Shown here piece by piece: positions 55,002-64,000 of a stretch of DNA of 64,000 nucleotides; within the stretch, counting starts at the first letter, position 1, and every line of letters begins with the position of its first letter. A model generated the notes under the pieces. The model saw nothing but the letters and a program-made list of their open reading frames with translations. It was not told the DNA's origin and did not search any database. The stretch lies in contig QPMI01000162.1 in assembly GCA_004431415.1 (NCBI GenBank), forward strand, positions 62,001 through 126,000, written 5' to 3'. The translations under genes and the position numbers were made by a program. Source of the stretch: Cyanophora paradoxa CCMP329. Lineage: Eukaryota > Plantae > Glaucophyta.

Positions 55002-56984
55002 TCAGATCTGGAAGTCGAGGACGTAGTCGCCGGCGGCGGAGAGGGTGCCGACGCGGTGGTCCATGCAGAGCGACGGGCACGGGTCCTTGTTGCTCGGGCC
55101 ACCCAGCACCTTCGCCGGCACGCTGCGCGCCGCCGCGCCCGCCCCTCAGGGGCCGAGCGGGAAGGGGAGGGGTACGGCGTTCGGGTGCCGCACCCGACGG
55201 CGGTGCGGTGGGCGGGTACGTCGTTCAGGACGACCGATCCCGCGCCGATCTTCGCGAAGATTCCGATGCGAATGTTCCCCAGGACAGTCACGTGCGCGCC
55301 TAGCACGGGTTAGGGGGGGGAGACGGAGGGTGGGGGGTGGGGGGTGGGGGGGCGATTCGGGCGGGGCGGTTGGGTACCGAGGAGAACGCCGTGGCCGATC
55401 TTGGGGTGCCGGTCCCCCGTCTCCTTCCCGTTGCCGCCCAGCGTCACGTTGTGCAGGACTGGGCGCCGGGGCGAGCCGGCGGGTCAGGAGCATGGATGGG
55501 GGTACATCATCTGAGGACGCGGGAGGGGTACGCGCGCACTGGAGACGTCGTCGCCGACGACGGCCGTCTCGCCGATGACGACCCCGATTGCGTGGTCGAC
55601 CAGGATGCCCTGCGGCGCGGAGCGCAGCGGGTCAGTGGCGTAGAGGCGTAAAAGAAGAAGCGGCGCGAAGAAGAAAGAGGCGTGCAGTCGCTCTAAGAGG
55701 AGAGCCCGCCCGTCCACGGGATTCGGGACGGGGACTAAAAAAAACCATCCGCGAAAAAAACGGGGACGGGGATTCGCCCATCCGCGAAATTATCCGATCG
55801 GGACGGGATTCGAACCTTCCCGATGCGCGCCGCCGGGTGTATGTCGACGTGGAATACCTGTACTCCCCCGTTCGGATCGTACCCCGCGGGGCCGGGCCCG
55901 GGGGGTACGGCGCACGTCGGAGATGAGGCTCTGGAGGGTGTGCGCGATGGCCTTGCGTCCCTGCGCCCACATCGAGTGCGCCACCTGCTCGCCCGCGGCG
56001 AGCGATCAGCGGCGCGCCGGCCGGGAGATCAGAAGGGGATCAAATGAGAGCGCGCCCGGTAGGCCTGGACGGCCTGGAAGCCCTTGAAGTGGAGCAGGGG
56101 CTGCGAGTAGCCGCGGCAGGCAGGGTCTCGCTGCTTCACGGCCTGCGCGGAAACGGCGCCCGTCGGGATTGACGGCCCGAGGCGGCGCGCGCCCCGCGCT
56201 GGCGGGAGGGGCGCACGACGAGGTCGGCGCGGATGGCCTGCCGGACGCAGCAGTCCCTGTTGAAGACCTCCGAGATCATCGTCACCAGCTGCGTCGAGAG
56301 CAGCGTCGGGTTCGCCAGCTGCGCGCGCGGCGCGGCGCGGCGCGGCGGTCAGCGATGGAGCGGAGCGAGCGCGGCGGCGGGCCGGGGGCGGGCCTTGTGT
56401 GCGAGGCGGAAGCACAGCGCCTCGTAGAGATTGCGGTGCGAGAGGATCGTGGACCAGAGGAAGGAGGCGAGGTCCGGCTCCGCCGCCACGTCCCGCTGCG
56501 CCTCCTCCCGGATCGAGTTCCACAGCTCCGTCTGCCGGCACGGCGACCCTTGGTTTCGCGGCGGCGTGCGCTCCCGTGCGGCGGCGGGACGCACGTCGCT
56601 CGGCAGCGCGTCGAGGTTGTGGCTCGGGAGCGCCGAGTCCTCCATCCGGTTCTGGCAGCACGGGCACGGCGCGCACTCGCGGCCCTCGCTGTGCGGGGAG
56701 CATGGGCCCAACGACGAAACGAGCGCCGCGAGGTTGCCGAAGCTCTGCTCCCCGCTGTCCCCCTTGCAGGCGGAGTAATTCGGGTGCGCCGCCCTGGCCT
56801 TGGGCTGCGCGGCTCCTGTAAGCTCGAGCGGGCTCCCGGCTCGAACGAGCTCGAAACGTCAGACCTCCGGCGACGGCGAACGCGACCTGTGGCCCGCCTT
56901 GTTCAGCTGCGCCGAACGCGGCGTCCTAACGACGGGGTTCACGTCGAGCGGCGGCTCGAAAGCGATGCCGTTGAGGGACAGCAT
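55002..56984 (-). CDS. cysE: Serine O-acetyltransferase, multi-exon
   Basis: LWNSIREEA..EPDLASFL, RDPAC, FKGFQAVQAYR|VAH, VDIHPAARIGK|GILVDHA.GVVIGETA, VTLGGNGKETGDRHPKIG, KIGAGSVVL.DVP, and C-terminal DFQI*. Confidence 0.93.
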
Positions 56985-57602
56985 ATTGGTGCGTGCCGCA
57001 CGGCTCTCTGCGACCTAACCGTGCTCTCTAAGCGGCTGCAGCTGGGTCTCTTGCGATCGGCGTACGGGGGGACCGGTTTGATCTCTCGCGTTTCTCCCCC
57101 CCTCCCCTGGCCCGTTGGCGGCGTCGACTGGCAGCGCAGGCTAGAGCGCTCCATACGACTCCTGAGCATGCATACTATAGCTATGATATGTGCAATTCTA
57201 AGCTCATCGGCGCGGTCGCCTATGGACATAGCCATCGGCACGGCTGGCGCGCGCTGCTCTGCAGTTCACGTTCCGCACGCTGATCGAAACTGTAATTCGA
57301 CCTTTATTGACACAGCCAGTATCACGTACTCTACGCATTACAGTACGGTAACAAGCAACACATACATCTGTTCATGATTCATGACGCCTTTCTACATGAT
57401 GAAGACGGCACAGCAGCAGGACTCGATCTGTACATGATGCGATGGAAAGCTAGCTACCCGTATACGTATCTAGTACTATCCACGCCCAGCCGTAGGCCCG
57501 CAGGGGCGTCGGGGGCAAAATTGATTGAAAGCGAGGCGGGGCGCGCGTTGAAAGAATGCTATAGCGCTAGGCGCCCGGCTCGGGTTCGGGAGGGGCCGGC
57601 CC

Positions 57603-58323
57603 CTACGCGGGGGGCTTTTCCATCATCTGGATGGGCTGGCCGGGCGCCATCTGCGAGAGAGGGGCGGGGCGTCAGGGGCGCCGCCGTGGGGCGGGGGCGC
57701 GAAGGGCGGGCGGCGGACCATCATCATCTGCTGGCCGGGGGCGGCCATCATCGGCATCTGCCCGATGGCGACCTTGAGCCCGCCGATCCTGCGCGCAGCC
57801 ACGTGTCAGAGGCCGCCGGGGCAGGGCCGCGCAGGAAATTTTGAACCGCGGCGCACTTGATCGTGTCCTTCTTCATGCGGAACTCGGCCTCGTTCGCGAC
57901 TTGCATGTTCGCACAGCACGGACAGCCTGCGCGAGCGGGACGGATCAGGCCGGGCCGGCGGCGGAGATAGAGCGGGGAGGGCCGCACAGCAGGCGAGCAT
58001 GCAGTCGTTGCAGGTGTCCTGAGGCAGGCCGTAGAGCGCGCGAAGCATCGTGCGGTTCGTGTAGATCGAGCTCAAGGGCACGCTGCTCAAGCAGCCGATG
58101 AGGAGGCAGTCGGCGCAGCCGGTGGGGCGCTGCTCGAGGACGCCGCGGGTCCGCCTCGCCAGCTCGCCGGCGCAGCAGTACGCGAGCAGGCAGTTCCTGT
58201 GGAACGGATCTCGTGAGAAAGCTGCACAGCTTAGCGAGGGGAGCGGAGAACGCACGTGATGTTGTAACCGCAGTCGCAGAAGCCAATCGTGAACGCCGCA
58301 GGGTTGGGGTTCGGCTCCACCAT
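57603..58323 (-). CDS. PLAC8-family Cys-rich protein
   Basis: FTIGFCDC, CLLAYCC, RTMLRALYGL..DTCNDCMLACC|CPCCANMQVANE, and a Met/Pro/Gln-rich tail. Confidence 0.85.
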
Positions 58324-59091
58324 TTTGAGAGACTTGGAAAGAAGCGGGTGGCGGCGGCGGGCGGCGGGCGGCGGGAAGCGCTGGAGAGATGCGGGGCTAT
58401 TCGCCGCTCTGTCAAGGAGGGAGCGCGGTGAGCGGTCTGCGGCGGATGCTTCTGCAACTGATGAGGAGGAGACTGAGGCGCTGCCTGGCTGTAGCTAGAC
58501 TGGCAGTGTGTCGACTCTGGCCCTCCACGCTGGCGGCGAGACCAAAATAGAACTGATGTCATCGCCATCGAAGCAGCTCCTTCACTGCCAGGCTGATGAG
58601 TCACCAGCGCGTTTCCCTTTATCGCTTGCCAGTGAGCTGGCGGTTCGCCCCCCCCCCCCCCCATTCCCACCCCCCCCCCTCCCGCGAATCCAAGAATAGA
58701 CCACGTGCGGCGAACGCTGCCCTGCCCGACTCTCGGCCGCCAGACGACCTCTTCGGCTTCGCGCGCACGCAGTCACACGCACAGCTGACGACTGACAGCT
58801 CGCAATGCGGCATACCGCGGTACGTAGACTTGCTGTATACGTAGGCTGACTGTACTAAGGCTAGCTATAGCTTGGCTGATAGCGATCGCGCGGCGATGGC
58901 CGGCTGGATGTAGCTATATAGCTAGGGGCCAGCCGCGACCGCGGCCGCTGCGCAGCCCTCCGCGGCAGACCGCAGGGTCCGCGCCAGGGTGCTCCCCTCC
59001 CCGCGGCGCACCTCCGCGGCCTGCAAAGGGCCCGGGTTGGGACAGAGGCACATTGCATGAGCTCAACGCTTCTGGAGTTCGGAGGCCTATA

Positions 59092-61766
59092 TTAGCTAGG
59101 CCCCACCTCGGCGGCCCGTCGGTAGGCGTCGGCGGCGTCGGCGTGCCTCCCGCGGGCCTGCGGGCGGTCGTGGGCACCACGCCGCAACGGGCTCACATCG
59201 AATTCGTGATCCGGAGAGGGCGCACCCGCTCGATGGCCCCAAGGGCCGCCAGCTGCGCGGCGGGGCTCGGCTCGGGGCGGCGGCGGGACGGGGCGGCGGG
59301 CGGGTAGGGGCGAGGGGCCGCACGTCGGCGTGGGTGAGGGCGTCGGGGAGGAGAGAGGAGAGGAGCCCCGAGGCGGCCGCCGCGATGCGGGCGTGCCCTG
59401 CTGCCGCCTCCCACTCGTGCCTGGGCGGAGGCACCTCAGACGACGAGTCAGACTCGGATGAGCCAATGGAGGGGTACGCACCGCCGGGCGGCGTCGTCGC
59501 GGAGGAGCCGGGCCAGGCGCAGGCTCAGGCGGTGGGCCGGGTGCAGCCCGGCCGCCTCCACGGCCGCCGCCGCCGTGGGGAGGGCCCCCCCGCCCTCGCG
59601 CTCCGCCGCAGCGACGGCCGCCCCCGCCGCCCGCTCCGCCGCCCGCGCCTCGGCCGCGTCCCGCCGCGCCCCGCACGCCTGCGCAGCCGAGGTCGGCGCT
59701 CGCTCGGAGCGGACCGGGTCGGGCTTGAAAGGCCGCGCCTCGCACTGCACCGCGCCGCTCGCGGCGGCGGGGAGGGCGAGGCCCGCGTCTGGGCCTGGGA
59801 GGCACCGCGCCGGGCACGCAAAGCCCCCGAGCAGAGCGTCGGCGCGGGCCGCGGTCGGGTCCGTCCCCCGGCACCTGCGCGTCGCCGGGTCGCGGGGGGT
59901 ACGCAGGGCGTCGGCGTGGCCAAGGAGGCGGGGGGTACCGGTCGCAGCGGCACGTGAAGAGCGGGAACTTGCGCGCCATCGCTTCCCGCCTCTCTTCCCT
60001 GCCCGGCGCTCTTAGGGGGGGCGGGGGGTGCGCTGAAGAGGGCGCGGCTGTACCCGGGGAGCAGCGTGTCATGGTACGCGATCGTGATCTCCTCGCCTGC
60101 ACTGGCGTGAGGGGGGTACGGAAGGCGCCGAAAGGGGGGTACGTGCCTTCTTTGATGTCACGCAGGGCGCGGAACGCGAGCTCGGGGCCCTGAGGGGTAC
60201 CGCATGAATTTGTGGAGGGTGAAGAAAGGGCACCGCCCCGGATTCGAACCTCGAACGCCCATGCGCACGACGGATTGCAGCTGTGGTTGCAGAAGGCCGC
60301 GAGGGGGTACATCCTGCCGGCGCGTTGAGTGGCTGAAACACAGCTGAAGGGTGGAGGAGTACAGCGCCGTACCCGTGGCCGATCGGGACCGGGGGATCCT
60401 CTCCGTGATCGTAGATCGTGAAGCCGTTCGCCTGGGGTACCCCCGTCAGGCTCTGGAGGGACGGACCGCGAGGAGGGAGGGAGGGAGGGGGCAGCCCGAC
60501 CAGGGCGCGCCCGGCGGCATCCTCGATCTGCGGCGGAATCTCAGAAGGACGGGACGGGGCGGGGCGGGGCAGGACGGGACGGGGCGGGGCGGGGCAGGGC
60601 GGGACGGGACGGGGCGGGGCGTGCGGGCCTCGTCCGGGGTACACGGAGGTCTGAGCTCGGGGGGGAGGTGCCGCATGAGAGCGGCGGCGAGCTGGCGGCC
60701 CCGCGCGTGAGGAGGAAGGAGGGGGGGCGGGGCGATAGAGGGCGCTGCGCCGCGCGGGCCCACCCGCTCGACGTGGACGGCCACCCCGCTGGCGCTCGTT
60801 CCGCCCGTGCGGTGCGATGCCAGCGACCGGAAACTGCGACGGGGCTCAGAGATGTCTGGGAGAGGGGGGGTTGAACGGACCTGGGCTCCTCTACGGAGGG
60901 ACCGGCCGACCAGCCGGCGGCGGCGGCGGCCAGGAGACGAAACAGGGCCTGGGGCGAGGCGGCGTCGGGGGCGCAGGAGCTGGGCCGGAGACGCGAGGAG
61001 CCGCGGCGGACCAGGAGGCGGAAGGCCGCCGGCCCGCGCTCCGCCTCCGGGACGCCAGCGTCGGCCGCGGCGCCGGCGCGGATCTGCGGCGCGCGTGTGG
61101 GCACCTCGGCGCGAGCGGGCAGCGGCGCGGGAAGCGCGCGCGGGGGCACGCGCACCGCGCAGAAGGCGGCGCACTCCTCCCGGTGCCTCGGGGCGGCCTG
61201 AGCCTGCGGGGCGTCCGCGGGTCGGCGGCGGGCAAGGGGCGGAGCCCGGCGCCTCACCTCGTGATCCGGGGAGCAGTAGCAAACGACGCGGCAGCAGCCG
61301 CACTCGCGCGGTGTCGCGCCTAGGCCTTCGGCTTCGAATTCGATCCTCGCGAAGCAGACGTCGCAGTGCGCACGGGGCCCGTCGGCGGGGTGCAGCAGGT
61401 GCGCGAGCGGCCGGCTCCGGAGCACGACGTCGCCTGCGCGAGCGGCGAGACACGTCAATCGGATCCGGGCGCGCCATGGGCGGGCCGGGATCTTGGGTCA
61501 AGCGGACCGCGGGCGAAGACCCTGCGCGCGACGAGCTTCTTTCCCCCGTACGCGTCGTCGCCGATGTCAACGCCGAAGGCGCTCACGAGGCACTCGCGCA
61601 CGCGCGGGTCCACGTCCTGCCTGCCTTCGGACACACGACCAACGCGGCTCTCCCTCGACGCCGGCGCGCTGCCGGCATCGGCACTGCGCTCCGCTGGCGT
61701 CGGCGGTGCTTTCGCGACGCGCCTGAACCGCAGCTTAGGCCGCGCACCAGCGACGCCGAGCCGCAT
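59092..61766 (-). CDS. SET and MYND domain protein (SMYD-like), multi-exon (ends approximate)
   Basis: LVARRVFARG|DVVL, MYND CDVC...CGCCRVVCYCS..H..EC, NGFTI, YPLAAFCNHSCNPSC, RALRDIKEG|EEITIAY and FTCRCDR|C. Confidence 0.88.
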
Positions 61767-62019
61767 CCCGAGCGCTACACTCCCTCGAGCTGAGTTGCAA
61801 GGGCAGCTCCCAGCTACATCGCTCACAGCTATAGCTACAGCTACATCGCTCACAGCGCGAGCGGCAGGACCGGGCAGGTTCGGCGCCGGGTACAGCGCTT
61901 TGCCGATATTGATCTACCCTCGACCTGCGAAGGGCCGCGACGGCCGGAGCTCGCTGGTGGCGCATCTGGGCCGGTGGGAGCGTGCGCGTCAGCCTTGAGA
62001 AGCGTTCCGGCAGCCCCTC

Positions 62020-64000
62020 ATGAGACCGGTGGATGCGTGTGCAGTATCTGCATCCGGCCGCTCTCCTGCCGAATCAGCCGGGCAGGCGCCGGCGTGCGGC
62101 GCATTTGCAGCATCTTTGGCAGTATCCCTCGACGTTGCGCGCGTAGAGCCAGCGCAGCTAATATCTCCGCCGCGCTCTCCCGTCCCCGACTCCGTCTTCC
62201 GGTGCGCGGTCGACGTCTGCGCCAATTTTCCCCTCTCGGGACGCTCATGCTGACGCGCGGGATGCAGGCAACACAGACCCCACCGTGTCCGCACGCCGGA
62301 CGGGCCCTCTGCGATTTCATGGTCGCGTCCCCACCACGCCGCGGCCGCGGGGGAGACACCACTGCACTCACAGCTGCTCCGGTGGTCGTGCGGCGCTCGC
62401 CTGTATCCCTCAGCGCAGCCCGTCGGCACAGCCCGTCCAGCCGGCATCCTACGGCGGTCCTTCGGCGTGCGCACGTGCGCGTGGCAGCCGCACAGGCAGA
62501 GAGCGTTCTTCACTGGCGCGCGGTTAGAGAACCCATGCTTCCGGACGCTTAGCCAGCCCCCGCTTCAGACAGCTCCAGTCAGCTGCAGCGCCGTCGCGTC
62601 GGCCGCGGTGCTGGCATCGTTCGCCGGCCGATTGCCGCGGATCTCGATAAGGTGGCCCGTCGCTCTGGGGCTCAGCCTGCTTGGAATAGTTATCGACTTT
62701 TCCGCCCGCCTCTGGTCGCAGCTCCAGGTGCGAGCGCGGTCGTTCCTGTGCGCCCGTCTTGGATTCCATCTCACTTCGCCTCCGCCCCCAGCCCGCGGCC
62801 GAGGGCGACGAGAGGCGGGAGAGGGTTCGGCGCGCGGCGTACGGCGCGGCGCAGCTGCTGTACCTGACCCAGCTGCTCGGCCCGGAGCGGCCCGCGCTGC
62901 GGTTCGCCGCGTACGTCGTCTCCTTCTTCGTCCTGCCGTCCTTCGCGTCCAAGTTGGCGTGCGCCCCCGTGTCTCCCGCGCTTCTACGAAGTTAGCTGCG
63001 GCCGAGCGCGTCCGGATTTGATCCGCGGCGCAGGGCGGTGAAGCGCTCCATCGGAATGGCGAGCGCCCTCTCGGCGTCGGGCTCGAGCCGCGCGGAGCTG
63101 TCGAACCTGAGGAAAGCGAACGACGCGGCCCGCATATTCCTCGGTGACCGCTCTCCCTCTCTCTAGTTCGAATCTCTCTCCGGCCGCTCGCTCATCGCGG
63201 CCGGCCGCTGGGCGCGCGCAGAGGTGCTCGGCGCGGCGCTGGCGCCCGTCTCGGTGGGTCTCTCCGCCTTCGGCGGCGTCTTCGGCGAGCTCGCGCGGCG
63301 CCCGGCGGCGGCCCTCGTGACTCTGCTCTTCGGGCTCGGCCTCCCCGCCGCGCTGGCCGTCGCCAACGCAAAGTTCGGCGCCGCCGAGTCTTCCTCCCCG
63401 AAGAAGAAGGGCGGGCGGCGGCCGGATCCCGTGGAGCAGCGGCTGGACCGCGCCGGCCACAGGCTCGCCCTCCTCGGCTTCCGCCCCTCCAACTCGGAGC
63501 AGGTCCTCCGCTCCTGCTGCCGCGTCTGGGTGAGCGTTCGCCCCGGCCGGCCCTGCTTCACACCCCGAGCTCACCGCCCCGCAGCTGGGCCCGGGCGAGT
63601 CGCGGGCCGGCTGGCTCTACGACCGGAGGCGGGGCATCGTCGTGACCGAGGCCTCGGCCGCCCGCGGCAAGTCGGAGGCGGACCTCGTGCGCCGCGCGGG
63701 CCGCCCCGCGGGCTGCGAGCTCGAGCGTAGCCGACGCCTGGCCGTAGGTCGACGTGGAGATCGCGGGCGCGTGGGTCTCCTGCAGGATACTCGGCGCAGT
63801 GCGCCCTATCTCTCGGTCCTCTGCTGATTCTAAATCTGAAGCTCACGCTTCGGCTCCGCAGGACTCCTCGCGGGGCCTCTGCGTCCTCTGCGTCCTCCAG
63901 GCCGACCCCTCCGAGATGTGAGCGAGCCCCCGGCCCTCGCCCTCCGCCCGAGCCCCTTCCGCCCGCGCCGACGCGGGTCCGGCCCCTGCAGCCCGTTGCT
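62020..64000 (+). CDS. Multi-exon membrane protein of unknown function, truncated at window edge (start uncertain)
   Basis: Hydrophobic exons WPVALGLSLLGIVIDF, FAAYVVSFFVLP and LVTLLFGLGLPAALAV, bounded by GT/GC..AG introns. Confidence 0.5.

Noticed and set aside
39384-57000. Biosynthetic or operon-like gene cluster (phosphoesterases, nitroreductase, PDE, SAT)
   Set aside because: Mixed orientations and unrelated functions, with no scaffold enzyme or precursor peptide.

Overview
Eukaryotic, very GC-rich, intron-dense nuclear DNA. The inferred source is a flagellated plastid-bearing alga, most like a glaucophyte such as Cyanophora, based on M-x-x-A-F transit peptides, ciliary MIP genes and short GC-rich introns often with GC donors. 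Because genes are spliced, most ORFs in the supplied track are exon/intron chimeras or antisense shadows. Gene limits were reconstructed by eye and are approximate. Positions 1-11.5 kb hold a nested mobile-element block. An intronless, minus-strand, gag-like giant reading frame (about 2,950+ codons, two CCHC knuckles, RGG and RS domains, four single-base frame breaks, no recognisable pol in the window) abuts and truncates the RT of a DIRS-order retrotransposon. That second element ends in a B1-A2-B2 split direct repeat and has no tyrosine recombinase after its RNase H. Host genes follow: a 2-TM Pro/Tyr-tail protein, tRNA-Arg(UCG), a plastid Rubisco-LSMT-like SET protein, a large membrane-anchored proteinase-K-type subtilase with seven Cys-rich repeats, a putative thylakoid-lumen Cys-rich protein, a FAM166-like ciliary protein, an inverted pair of MPPED-like metallophosphoesterases, a SagB/ThcOx-like nitroreductase, a 6-TM class I cyclic-nucleotide phosphodiesterase, serine acetyltransferase, PLAC8, SMYD and a truncated membrane protein. 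A TA-flanked Tc1/mariner-type TIR shell carrying a zinc-finger/poly(A) insert (32.2-34.2 kb) and a palindromic 51-bp tandem array (38.9-39.1 kb) also occur.
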